This document shows positions 1 through 13,050 of a stretch of 64,000 nucleotides of DNA, piece after piece (positions within the stretch are counted from its first letter, which is position 1; each line of letters opens with the position of its first letter). The position numbers and the translations under genes were made by a program. A model generated the notes under the pieces. The model was given only the letters and a program-made list of their open reading frames with translations, was not told where the DNA came from and ran no database searches. The stretch spans positions 101,618,001-101,682,000 of the forward strand of contig OX597815.1 of the NCBI GenBank assembly GCA_951406725.2. Direction: 5' to 3'. Origin of the DNA: Octopus vulgaris. Taxonomy: Eukaryota.

Positions 1-47
1 CTTCTTCTTCTTCTTCTTCTTCTCTCTCTCTCTCTCTCTCTCTCTAT

Positions 48-144
<97 letters not shown>

Positions 145-158
145 TGTGTGTGTATGTA
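1..158. repeat. Compound microsatellite (CTT)n-(CT)n-(TA)n-(TG)n
   Basis: Tandem repeats directly visible. Confidence 0.97.
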
Positions 159-368
159 TAGGTGTTTGACTTAAGGCTTATGGTGTTGACCTCATGAGCA
201 CATTGTCCCCGTCAGCAAAGACACTATATTTCACGTTGCCGTAGTTGAGGATACACAGTCACTTAAAACAAATAGCAAAACTACGGTACATGCTACCAAG
301 TCATACAATGTTGCAAATGATGGCTGCAGTGTGTAGTGTGTACCTGTGTCTGTGTATGCGCTCGTGTG

Positions 369-429
<61 letters not shown>

Positions 430-702
430 ACAATTATGTGTTTTAGAGCCATTTTAGCTCTTATTTCTTGCATTGTAGGTGTTTCTAATACCCTAGTCTC
501 ATTTAGTGAGAGGTATAGTTTGCCTTTTTCGTAAAACATTTCATATTGCTGTCTATTTCAATATTATTTATGTATGTATGTATGTATGTATGTATGTATG
601 TATGTATGTATGTATGTACGGATGGATGCATGCATGCATGTATGTACGTATGTATCAATCTGTCTGTCTGTCTGACTATCTATCTATCTATCTATCTATC
701 TG

Positions 703-760
<58 letters not shown>

Positions 761-872
761 CGAACAGCTACATACGCACACATGCGCACACATGCCCACA
801 CATGCACGAGTTATACAAACACACACATACACATACACGCACACACACGCACACACATACACACGCGCACAC
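369..872. repeat. Compound (CTAT)n, (TATG)n and (CA)-rich microsatellite block
   Basis: Directly visible; explains the low-complexity ORFs at 245-989. Confidence 0.95.
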
Positions 873-3141
873 GTAATTTTTAGTACCGAGAATGTGCGTC
901 ACCGTTAAAAGGCTAGAAAACAGAAAACACTGATCTAAAAGTCCGATGGTAGTCGTTGACACCATTGACATATTAGTTACAGATGACACAGCAGTGTTGT
1001 CTTAAGAGTTATCATCACTTCCATTAGGCACTGATAGTGAGAAACAGCTATTAAGAAATAAATATCTAACATATTGTTTTAACAATGTCTGTATTTTATC
1101 GTTAAAGACTCACTGTATTCACCAAAGTCATTGATAACAAGGCAACAGATTTTTCTCTTAACCTTCACCCTTTATTTACACTTTATAGCCGTAAATTCCC
1201 AAAATAGCCTGCGGTGCAGTTAACTGTGCTTCTTAATGGCTTATCAAATCTTTGAGCTATATGATAAAAGCTGTTGTGAGTCTTTCAGATTTTTAGTTTA
1301 CCTCTCCCTGAAAAAAAAGCACAAAAAAAAAACAAAAAAAAAAAAAACTCAAACTATAACTGATAAGGATGTAAGAATATATGTGTGTTGTAGTAAAATA
1401 ATGTATGTACAGATGTATATACATATGGAATATATGTACTTAATATATATATTTGTAGATGTAAGTTTGTATGGATCATCACTCCTATGAAGTGGGCACA
1501 AAATTAGCCTGTATTCGTATGCACAAATATCCTACATTCAATTACACAAACGCACGCACTAAGACTTATCGATAAATCCACTCCTTTATTTCATACATAA
1601 ATAATGCATGTGCACATCCATACAAGATTTAATATGTAAAGCATGGCAGAATTATTTAACATGTCGCATGTACACATACAAACAATAAACATATAAATAC
1701 GCATGTCTCAGATTCAATTGATTAATAATTTTTTCGCTTGTGGTATTTAGTATTATCTTAACCTCTTAATTATTAATCCAAATCCATGTCGTTAGCCTAA
1801 TTGAGTTATTTCTCATAGCTCATTTTCTTTTCTTTTTAATTATTCAAATTATAGTAACTCAAAATTAGTCATTACTTTTTTAGCTTGAGTAGACAAAACT
1901 TGATTAAACTTGAGTAGACAAAACATTAGAATAATTGGCAAGACCATATTTTGTAAGATGTAAATTTTGTAAGATTTACTGCGTAAATATCAACTTCCTA
2001 CACACCATTCTTTCGAAATGCAATATATAATACAGCTATATATTCCAAAACGATCTTAGAAATAAGAGGGTAAGTTATATTATTCAATGAAAATTGGTTT
2101 GTTTCGCCAAACTATACAAACTTTCCAACAAGCCCTGTCACACTGTATGTTCTATTCATAAGTAACTCTGGTCTTCAATCTTTCCCTTTCATTTAACTTC
2201 TAAACTAATTTCTAGCTGCCTTCATAAACTACTGATGCCAAATTATTTCAGACCGTTTATAAGGTAAGGAAGAATATGAACAACTTATTGCTGTGTTTTC
2301 CCTCTCCTGAGTAAAACTTTATATTGTATATTTATTTAATCAATTATTCAATACACAAATTGGGACATGCAGTTTAATTTAACTATATGAATGGAAGAAT
2401 AATTATGCAAAACACATAATTATACAGCACATCGTTAATATGATATAATATAATATAACATAATATAATATAATATAGTATAATATAATATATTTTTCCA
2501 TTATATTTTTAATTTCTAATTATTAACCTATTGTTAGATATATTTTTATTTCATTTTACTAATATTTAGTGCAATATATCTTTATTACTTTAAACCCGCC
2601 TGTATATGAATATATTTCAATTAATTATATTAATGAGCGGAATTTTGAACCTTATACTGTAAATTCAATTTCTAAAGTATTTAGCTTTAACTCACTGGCT
2701 TAAAAAAAAACATAGACAAAACTTTAGATCTCGAATTTAAATGCAATACATTCTTATAACATGAAGCACATGCATATTAATTAAATGTGACAGTTTCAGA
2801 CTTGCATGTTTTATTAATGAATTTAACAAATCAAATTTGCTGTTGAATCTAAGCTTCCTCGGTTACCTACGCACAATATATTTAATCTAACTTAAAATTT
2901 TGCCAAGGAAAGTCAAAAGTATTTTGTGCACCAGGTTCTTGACTTCTCTTTAATCTCAATTTTAGTATTTTTAATGTAGTGATATTTTATTTACTTGAAA
3001 TGACTAACGCTCAATTTTATTTTATAATATATATATATATATATATATAGTTTCAATATTTAACTTCCGATGTTCAAGTTTGAACTCCATAGCATTTTAA
3101 TTTAAAGGTTGACATGTCAACATATCACAATTAACAATATT

Positions 3142-3355
3142 CTTTTCTACTCTAGGTACAAGGCCCGAAATTTTGGGGGAGAGGGCCAGTCAATTAGATC
3201 AACCCGAGTACGCAACTGGTACTTAATTTATCGACCCCCAAAAGGATGAAAGGCAAAGTCGACCTCGGCGGAATTTGAACTTAGAACATAAACACAGACG
3301 AAATACCGCCAAGTATTTCGCCCAGTGTGCTAACGTTTCTGCCAGCTTGCCGCCT
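3142..3355 (-). mobile_element. Full-length SINE (family A, the most abundant family in the window) with a 19-bp target-site duplication
   Basis: Reverse complement has the head ggcggcaagctggcagaaacgttagc, B-box-like gttcaaattcc and core gaggtcgactttgcctttcatcc...gtcgataaattaagtaccag seen in many other copies. Flanked by the exact direct repeat tatcacaattaacaatatt at 3123-3141 and 3356-3374. Confidence 0.92.
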
Positions 3356-3691
3356 TATCACAATTAACAATATTGAAAGAATGTGTAGTTTGTCAATTCA
3401 GAATCAGTCAAAGTAAATCCCAACGGTTTTCTGTAAAAATCAGACTCACACTCCAATTGTTTTTGCATACTACTATATTCTACAGTTTATCGTCTTGCAA
3501 TTTGTGTATTTGTGAGTACATAACTGAAAATATTACAGTAAACCCAGCGTAGGGGTGGAGTGGGGGTGGGGAATGGGTATGGGCGTATCTTTGTGTATAT
3601 GTGTGTATTCATTTATGGGAAAATCTGAGTAAGAGTTCGCGAGTTCTTTCGGCACCAATAGAAGACTATATTTTACTCTAGGTGTAGGAGT

Positions 3692-3743
<52 letters not shown>

Positions 3744-4261
3744 CATACATATATATATAATGTGTGTGTGTGTGTGTACTTATATGCATATGTTTATATA
3801 TAACAGGTGCGAATATTGCACATAATATTAGTTAATTTGTTAGCTCTCACTGTTAACCTTGGCACCAAACCATAGAAGCATTAGAGGTAACTGAACGAGA
3901 GACTAATCTCCGTCGATACAGAATTGTAGAAATGTATCGAACTTTACGAAAATATACTTTTCACAAGGCAACCCGATATTGATATAATTAACACAGCCTA
4001 ATACAGTTGAAAATCTTTTTACAGCATGTCTTCTTCAACTACGGATACATGAAGTTGCTCAAGAGACATGGCCTCTTTATTATTAGTAGTACCACCACCA
4101 TGAAAAATATATCACGCAAAACACAACTGGTCCTGAAGGCTCTTGTGCAGGCAGAAAAATGAATGTAGAAACTTTAAACCCCACTGAACGAATCCTTCAG
4201 TGCTAGAGCCATCATCTAGCAAGCGGGAATTGAGCATTTAAATCCTATCAATGGTAATATT

Positions 4262-4390
4262 GGTTTCAAATTTTAGTACAATGCCAGTAATTTTAGGACA
4301 CGGGAAGTCGATTACATTGAACCCAGTGCTCAGCTGGTACTTATTTTATAGATCCCGAAATTATGAAAGGCAAAATCGACCGCGGTGGCC
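4262..4390 (-). mobile_element. 5'-truncated family A SINE
   Basis: Reverse complement of the family A core and tail; possible 10-bp TSD tggtaatatt at 4252-4261 and 4396-4405. Confidence 0.8.
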
Positions 4391-4417
4391 AACAGTGGTA
4401 ATATTACCAAGTGATAT

Positions 4418-4632
4418 AAAGCGGTGAGCTGGCAAAATCGTTTGCACGCCTGGCAAAAATTTTAGCTGCATTTCGTTCCTTTTTGCGTTCTGAGGTCAAA
4501 TTCCATAGAGGTCGACTTTGCCTTTCTACCTTTCGGGGTCGATAAAATAAGTACCAGTTAAGCACTGAGATCGATGTAATCGATTTATCCCCTACCTCAA
4601 ACTTGCTGGCCTTGTTCCAAAATTTGAAACCA
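4418..4632 (+). mobile_element. Family A SINE
   Basis: gcggtgagctggcaaaatcg head, gaggtcgactttgcctttc core, tail ggccttgttccaaaatttgaaacc. Confidence 0.88.
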
Positions 4633-5603
4633 ATATTATCAAAAGAGTTGAACTGAAAGACATTTTAATATGTGCCACTTCAAACTCCTGTCTAATTTCA
4701 GAAATTTCGAAAGCCATGACACAAGTAAGCTTTCCAGCTATCTTTGAAAAATATGATCTTCATCTACAGGGTCAGAAAGAGAATCTTGAAAACATCCCGG
4801 GACATGGCAGAAATGTGATTTATATACATAAAAAAAAATGACGTTAAAACATTCACGACAACATGATATTCATCTTAATACAATATTTGAAATCCCAGAA
4901 TGACTTGTGAATGAGGAAAAATACATTTAAAGATTTTGATTTCAATCACCTTGAAGATATAACACATGATCGCATCTTGGTATCTTCACGGTGTAAATAC
5001 ATACATGTTATTCCGTCTTAACTTTTTATTATAACACTTGACTTACCTCACAAATTTTCAACGGCTTTCCAATTGAACACCCCTTGCGGCATATCATTTT
5101 AAAATCAATTAATTTTTTCCAAGTTTTAAACGCTTAACATTCGTTTGGAAATATTCTAACATTAGTTTCTCTCTTTCCTTCTCATTTTCATAGATCTTAC
5201 TTTTCCCTTTCTATTTATCCTTTCCTACATCTGTTTACCTGCCTGACTTTTCTCTGCGTATCAATGAGCCCATTCCTTGTTATGTATGTATGTATGTATG
5301 TATGTATGTATGTATGTATGTATGTATGTATGTATGTATGTATGTATTAATACATTCGTAAACACACGCATACCTCTGTCTGTACACACATAGATATATA
5401 AATGCGTATGTGGCCATGTGTCCTAAACAGTTTCATAGATTAGTTACATTTAAATTACTACAGTTACACGACTGTGTATTATTCAAATGATATACGTTAC
5501 GCAGTCTTTACATGTATGTCCCACGCTTACCCTCTGAATAACCCGCAACGTGCAGTCAAGCAGTGTCGGGGTGCTTGACTGCTTGTCGTCGTCGTATGTG
5601 TGT

Positions 5604-5639
<36 letters not shown>

Positions 5640-5653
<14 letters not shown>

Positions 5654-5865
5654 CTGTGTCTGTGTTTGTTTGTCCTACACCATGATTTGACAACTATTGT
5701 TATTTTGTTTACACTCCTGGTTCGGCAAAGAGAGATTGATAGAATGAGTACCAGGCTTAAGAGAAATATGCACTGGGGTCGATTTGTTCGACTACATCCT
5801 TCAAAGAGGTGACTCAGCATGGCCGCAGACCAATGACTGAAATGATTGAAGCAAGTAAAATTTAG
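5640..5865 (+). mobile_element. 3' half of family B SINE (internal (TG)n; cagcatggccgcag...tgactgaaa end)
   Basis: Matches the reverse complement of the fuller copy at 62915-63095. Confidence 0.75.
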
Positions 5866-5989
5866 AATATAAATATGTACATATATATATATATATATAT
5901 ATATAAATATACATGTGTGTGTTTGTATCTGTGCGTGCGTGTGTGCTTGTGTGTACACTGCTATTGATTTTATAAGTATCCAGTACTTA

Positions 5990-6800
5990 TGTGTGCTCTG
6001 ATCTACAACAAGAAATACAAAGCTAACGTATAATTTCTTGTGGTTGTTCTATAGACCTATATCGGAAATATTTAGAATGCTGTGAAACAGCTGGATTTAA
6101 TAACATTTTCGGTAGATATAGGGATGGAATTTGGTGAAAACACGTTTACATTTGATAACTGAATACGGGAAAATTGTTTCCCAAACCTCAAACCTTTACA
6201 TCAATGGTCTCTATTTCTCTTGTTCCATACAGTGAATGCTACAAACTGCTACGTATTAACGAAAATATCTCATACAAATGTGCTCTGAACAAAGACAGAG
6301 TTATCAAAGAATACTATACCTGTCTTATGGCAGTCGAAACTCTTTTCTTATGATACGACAATATCTCAAAATGGATTTGCAGTACGAGTAGTGGAATCAA
6401 TATTTCAGATACTTCACTAGTCTACAGAGGAAATCCGCTCTGTCTATTGTAAAATCTTCAAAATCCTGATATCACTTGGAAACTTTAACAGAAATAGTGA
6501 TATTGACAGTCTCTAAGAACAGAATATGATGAGATGCTTACGAGTTATTAAATATCATCTTATATCTAAGACAACCTCGACTAAATAACACCAGCAAAAT
6601 AAATACATTACTGAACTGCTCGAAGCTGGATAGCTGAAATCTTCAGACGTTCTCAGTCCCCAATGATGCTGCATGTCACGCTAAGTCTACTGGACGAGCG
6701 AAACCTCTGCAAAAACATAGAGGAGGAACATTTTGGCTAGCTTGTCATTTTATTTCTATGGCGTGCTGATTATTGATTATAAAGCTTACAAAACGCTGTG
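5990..6800 (+). pseudogene. Decayed R4/Dong-clade non-LTR retrotransposon, reverse transcriptase C-terminal part
   Basis: Manual translation gives ITFSVDIGMEFGE, ECYKLLRINENISYKCALNKDRVIKEYY and GNFNRNSDIDSL, resembling the post-YxDD FSxDIGMxFG...YKYLG...DxDRLY motifs of R4-clade elements. Multiple stops and frameshifts. Confidence 0.75.
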
Positions 6801-7337
6801 AAGAATTTAAGCTGTTAAACTTAATGACTAACTTGCTACACCACACACAGTCGCACACGCGCCTTCGCACACGCGCCTTCGCACACACACATATACACAC
6901 ACACACATATACACACACTATACATTAAAAGCACAATTGTTTCATAAACTTATAACTGGTTGTGTAAAATCCATTCAACACACCAAAACTTCGATGGCTT
7001 AACTCAGTTTTCCATGTTATCGTTATCATCGGTGTTGTTGCTAAGGCTGTTGATATTTTTGTTGTAGGTACTTTCTCTTCTCTCTGTCTCTTTTTCTTCC
7101 TTTCTCTTTCTTCTGATGCTTTTACTCTCCTTAGCGTTTAATAACTTATTCAACCATTGCTTTTATTTGTTATTATTTATTTATATATCACAACATTTAT
7201 ATATTTAAACATAAGGCTTATTATTTTTTTTAAGCCTTGCTGTTACCAAATGTTTATAATTATTTCAATCTGCAAATGTTTTAAAAATGCAGACATGTTG
7301 TTTGGAATCAGGGGCGTTTAATAAATGTCTGCTGTAG

Positions 7338-7402
<65 letters not shown>

Positions 7403-7449
7403 TGTACGTATGTATATGTGTGTGTATGTGTTTAAAAGAGAGAGGGCGA

Positions 7450-8800
7450 GAATCAAATTGAAAAGAGAGAAAGTGAAAGTTGACAGATGAGATTACTAAA
7501 GAGGGATTGAAGTAGGAAAACGCTGTCTGACGTCAGAAACTGACGACATATTGCAGAATGTTTCTTGCTTCTTCTTTCTTCCGCTAACATTACATTATGG
7601 CAATAAACCTTGCAAAATCTGAGAATGATGAGGAAAAACGCCGAAAAGTTCATAAATTGATCAATATTTCAAGAAACAGATAAGTTACTCAGTGGTTGCA
7701 GCTGTTGTAGACTTAGATACATCTCTCCATTTCCAGTTTCATAACCAAAGATGTTTAGTCTTTCATTTGAAAATATAAATTTTCTCTCGGAACCAATTCC
7801 TTCTTTTAGCGTCTGCATGGAACTTTTGAAGATTAGAATCGCGATCTTTCTGTGTGATACCACAAGCGTCAACATTGTTTCAGTATGCAAATTTCTAACT
7901 AGTTTTTATTCTTCTGTAACATTCGAATAAATGATGCGCTGAAAGTTAAAAAAAAAAAAACTCGAATAAACTGGTAAAAGCTTCTTCCAGCCCCGAATGA
8001 CGAGTATTGTTTGTCCTTATTTCTAATTAAAACTCGCTGGTAGGGGCTGTGGAGATCACCTATACCAAATACTTGGTAGGTAAGCAATCTTATATAATAT
8101 ATCAATAGCTCTGAAGGAACGTAACGACGAGATTCCGTTATAGGATGATAATCAAACATCAGATTATCAGATGAGGCAAAAGTATTTACATATAAAGTGT
8201 AAAATCCACAAATATGGAGATTTACTCCCCATCACCACCACCACCACCACCACCACCACATGTCATATACTAGTATTATAATGTTAAAATCTTCTGAAAG
8301 TCCTACCCAAGAACAATCTCAAAATAAAACTGAGGAAGTACAGAAAGGTGAACAATACAAAATTTCGCGCCGTTCACTCTGAGACGCACCATGCTAGAGA
8401 CTCAGATTTGCATAGAAAGTGAAGTTGTAACCATAGAAACAGCGCTGAACCATTCATCTACTTTAGTTCATTTGAGGTCTAGCTTCAAACATACTTTCGA
8501 TTATACTCCCAGGGTAGCAGTTGAAGTCATTATTGCCAAAATTGATTGATTAGTTGAAATAATGATAGTGGTGATGGCTGATAAAAATAGTAGCACGACA
8601 CACTGAAGCAAAATGGTCTTTTTTCTGTGAAACTTATGACACCCAGTTTCATTTTCAGGGCATTTAATCCGTGGATGTTTCGAAAACCTACAGATTTAGC
8701 ATTGACTGAAACTATTACTAAAATAGAGCGTAGATTGATTCTACAAGGTACAAGCTTGGTCAGATGTAGTAGTTCCAATTGAATGGTTTAACTCCATACT
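7450..8800 (-). mobile_element. Possible very old hAT (ZnF-TTF/ZMYM-like) transposase relic
   Basis: Fragments SPYQRVL...GAGRSF (~8.0 kb) and RFSKHPRI...FC (~8.6 kb) loosely resemble the N-terminal GPYQP...RSF...WL...FCxxC motif. Heavily degenerate. Confidence 0.3.
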
Positions 8801-9639
8801 ATAGTAACTTTAACTTGTATTAGCTGAATCAAGATCTTTTGGTTGATAAAGTCTGGTTCACAAATCTAAAGTTGTGCTTTCCAATAAACGCTGTTTAGAT
8901 CAATGGCGATTCCAAGCTACTGTGAAGGCATCTCCAATTGACTTTTTACATATTCAATATGCGGTTACAAACTGAAAATTACAATCTTTACAATCCTTAA
9001 AGTTCTTATGGCTTGCAGACATCTTGTAAAATTTCCTTGACATGCTTTCACCGAGTCGTAAGACGACAGCGTGTAAAAACATCATCACTAGCTTTCACCT
9101 AATGCGTTTGTGATAAACATTAACATTTACATTAGTACTCCTTTGGCGATACAAACGTTTCTTCATATTGTCGTGAACTAGAACCGTAAAGAAATTCGCA
9201 AAAATCTTAAATCAATGTTTCCATTCTTGAGTAATCACTGGGGAGCGGAGATCGATATCAAACCGCTCAAGTTCAGGAGGATGATACACAGGAATTGGTT
9301 GGATAGCGCACCCAGGCTTCAATTGTGATGAATAGTGCTTATGTTGAATAAACTGTCTTATTATTGACATTTAAAGGCATTATTCAACATAAAACTGCGT
9401 GTAATAGTAAAACAGTTATCCCACAGTGCAGACAACACAAAAATGACTATATTTATATATAAACTTAGTAAATCTTCTTAAATATCTTCTTCTCTTATCA
9501 CGAAAATTTATGTGATGTTAAGCAAGAAAGAAAATGCTAAGAGTTAACTTGGAATTTCTAATAATTAATTAGTCCATGGCTTAGATTAGCTCATTTCTAG
9601 AGCATTTGCGAATTCCATTGCATTAGCATCGAGGAATTC

Positions 9640-10370
9640 CCTTCTTTGAATAACATGGCTTGTAATAAAACATTTTCTCAACAGATACTAATATTGATAG
9701 GAAGTGTAGATTCTCTTGGGTTCGGTCATTTATATCACGGCACATAGTGAATATAATGCTTTTGAAATCCCAGATCAGGAGATAGCTACATGCCTATTAA
9801 AGAAAAGCAACAGTGAAGCGCTTAAACACCCAAGATGCGACCGAAAATGTCGATTATGGCACATTTCTCTGAAAGATAGCACACATATGATCAGCAGCTG
9901 CCCAAAAATGTCGTTAAGATATTATCTTCCAATGGGGCATGATGTAGCTAAAACAATATAAAATGCCATATGTAGGAATGATTGCCTTGAGATAAATATA
10001 GAAAATATTTCTCATCTTGAGTATATACATAGGTTTCAACATAACGCATATTGAGGGAACATTTCCATGAAAACTTCAACCAAATGCAAACATAACAGGC
10101 CTAAAAAGCATTTTAATTATACAGTTAGAGAGGTCAGCTGTCCCGCAGATGTGAAAATTTCTTTAAAATCAGAAAGAAATGAGGAAGAATAATTTTGGAC
10201 AACAGCTTCAAAACCTACGCCTTCTTGTACCCAGATTATATATTTACTGTTGTACACGTAATTATTGGTGCAATCGGTTATGTTACTAAATGGAGTTCTC
10301 AGACACTTTGCAAATGCAGTCTGCACGTGGGACAATAAAAATAGGCAGGAATTTTATCAACTTCAATTTG
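9640..10370 (+). pseudogene. Decayed R4/Dong-clade LINE C-terminus (zinc knuckle plus restriction-like endonuclease)
   Basis: Translates to DTNIDRK, ITAHSEYNAFEIPDQEIAT, KCRLW...HMISSCPKMSLRYYLPMGHDVAK, KCKHNRP, EVSCPADVKI and LYPDY...VIIGAIGYV, in the expected order for knuckle and RPD...E/D endonuclease motifs. Confidence 0.82.
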
Positions 10371-10879
10371 TATCTTTATTATTGTTGTTATGTTAATTAC
10401 TGTGACCGAGCTTTGCTTTTTGTTGAAACCAGCACCTTCTCTATAGAAAATATTCATAATGATTATAAATACACAGGCACATACACAGAGCCATACACAT
10501 TCATAAACGCGCGCACATATGTGAACGCTATTTCTCCCTCCCTATTTCTCTCTTTCACACATATTTTGGGTACTACTATTGTTTAAGGCACAGCTATACT
10601 AGGTTAACCACTTCAATATTAACGTCTCATAATATTAATTACACTTTCGGAGTTTGTTTCGTTACATTACTGTTTTCCGCAGAAGCAGTGTAACTACATT
10701 TCAACTTTATTTGACTTTATCATCACGGAATACGACCATTAAATCACATATATAGTTTACACGCTTCTAAATTTGCTTTAAATGTGTTCATTTTATGGTT
10801 TGTCGTAATCAGTTGATTGACGTTAATGGAATTGTTTTAGGGTAATATTGCATGCAATATCGTTATGTATTGTAGTCAA

Positions 10880-11040
10880 ACGCTAGTAGGCCTTGACTGA
10901 GAAGATCTCTGATCAAAGGCGTTGCTGTTGTGTCCTGTTTGTCCGCATAGGGTATGTGGAACTACATTAACCTATATGTTATATTTTTATGATTGTAAGA
11001 TATGATTTAAAGAATATTTTTCTGCTATTTCTAGCATTGG
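10880..11040 (+). repeat. Dispersed repeat family C (gatcaaaggc...gactacattatcc...gctatttctagca consensus)
   Basis: Related diverged segments recur at about 35040-35200 (-), 35265-35330, 43610-43790 and 48710-48900. Confidence 0.5.
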
Positions 11041-13002
11041 CTAATCTTCACGAGTTGAAGTTTGGGTTTTGTACAACGTGATAGTGATATAGGCTCTTTA
11101 GCTTGTATTGTTTTCATGTATTGCATCTTTTTACATAATTGTCAGTGTCGTCATAGTTGAGTATATTATATCAATAAAATAACACAACAAACTGCTGACA
11201 TTATTACATGTGCACTTGTAGTCCGAAGAGGTACATGGTTAAATAGGCATTTTATTTAATTGCCCAGAGATCGTTTGTTGCAATCCGATGCAAATCCCAA
11301 TGTATTCTGGGGCAGAATATTTATCTTTCAGTGACCTATCTTTTGAGGGTAGTTGCATATTAAGCGCAATAGACCGACAACTGATTCAAGAAGCAGTTAA
11401 TTTGTTTCAGATCCTCTTCATATGAAGAAACGAGCTAACGCCAGCCGATCAAAAAGCCACTCAAAACATAAAAGATGTTTATTACATTGCAATGTATATC
11501 GTATGATAAGGAACAGCGCTAGTCTTATAATTCCAACACCTGCCTTAACGAAGTCTAATTCCTTCATATTTATATTTGTAAGCCAAATTAGCAATTTGTT
11601 TAGTCTCTAGGTGTTATATTTACTGCTGATTATACTAAATTCTTGTAAGTTTGGTTTCTTTTCTTATTTTTCTTTTCTTTAGTTTTTGTGATTATATAAT
11701 TAGTTTCTTTAGTTTTTGTGATGACCACGACTGATCGATCCATTTTAGCTGTAACTATGGAGATGCATATAAAGGGTACATTTTTGATCAACCTATAAAA
11801 CTACACGAAGCGCATACGTATGCTGTGTCTACAACTATTCTCAAGTTAGCATGGTTCTCTGCGCTTTGTGGCAACTCTGAATCGATTGCATTTCAGTACA
11901 ATACATACATCCACACACCACTTGAGTCGGCATTTATTTATGCGTGTTTTATGTCTTCTTTGAAACTGGTCTTGAACCGAGCAGAAGGCTTGGTTAGACA
12001 AGTATGTTCAATGCGATGATTTGATCCTACAAAATTTACTTTTTGCACTTCCTTACACACTACATGTCTAACTCATCTGAAGTATATTGCTGTTTGGAAG
12101 CTTTAGATTTCATCACTTTTAAGAGACTGCAGTCACTAAATTTAGTTTCGATGAGATACAGAAGAGGATATTTTGATATCGAATATGAATGTTGCTTAGA
12201 CATCCAGATTTCAACTCTGTTTATTAATATTGTAGATATTATCAGTGTATAGATATTTAATTTAGCTGTTTGGGTAATGAAGTGAATGTGCTAAAAGTCA
12301 GAAGAAAACTTGCTAAATATCAATAACTCATCATTAAATCTGGCATTGATATTTATGTTAGACATGAGGTACGTGAGTAAACCGTTATCAGCAACAGACA
12401 ATCAATGATGAGAGACTGGTTGGTGTTGAGATGGATAAGTGATTTAATTCTAACACCAGTCATGAAGTTCAGCCCCAAACAATATGAAACGAATCGGGTC
12501 AACATTGTATTAGGAATGTTCTCAATTGTGTGTGTAGTAAGTAGTAATTGTATGTTCAAAACTTAAGTATTCCCTGGTCTTGGGCCAAGAAGCGAAGGAA
12601 ACTGTGCATAGCAAAGGAAACTAATGTTTAAGTAGATAAATAATCTTTTTGGAAAGATAAAGCCCATGAGATGAACCAAGCATCATATAAAGTATATGAA
12701 AAATTACGTTTACAAAATAATAGATTCTTGAACACTGCCCTTCATTGGATTAAACAGAAAATGGAGAGGCAATGGTTAATGTAATAACAACCACAACGCA
12801 TGTGTCGTTTTAAGTTAAAAATCTGTATCCGTAGTATCTACAAGGACATCTCGTTTAGCAATGCACGCGCAATTAATTTCCCCGTTAATGCCAAAAAGTA
12901 AAATTGTAAGTGCATTGTGTGAAATTAACGTCTCATCATCACACGCATACTTACTCTCATTTCCAAAGACATCTCTACTTACATAGAGCGCACGCACACA
13001 TA

Positions 13003-13050
<48 letters not shown>

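Noticed and set aside
245-989. ORFs rich in IYLS, YVCM, HT and ER repeats here and throughout the window (e.g. 16006-17144, 40300-40676, 44671-45760)
   Set aside because: They are stop-free translations of microsatellites with no domain content.
1884-1980. Short direct duplications (also ~11675-11722, ~15958-16000, ~54182-54228)
   Set aside because: Ordinary 12-23-bp slippage duplications with no further structure.
12350-12620. Possible LINE RT fragment (MKFSPKQYE...)
   Set aside because: Resemblance to post-RT MxFxxxKC and YLG motifs is too slight to support a call.
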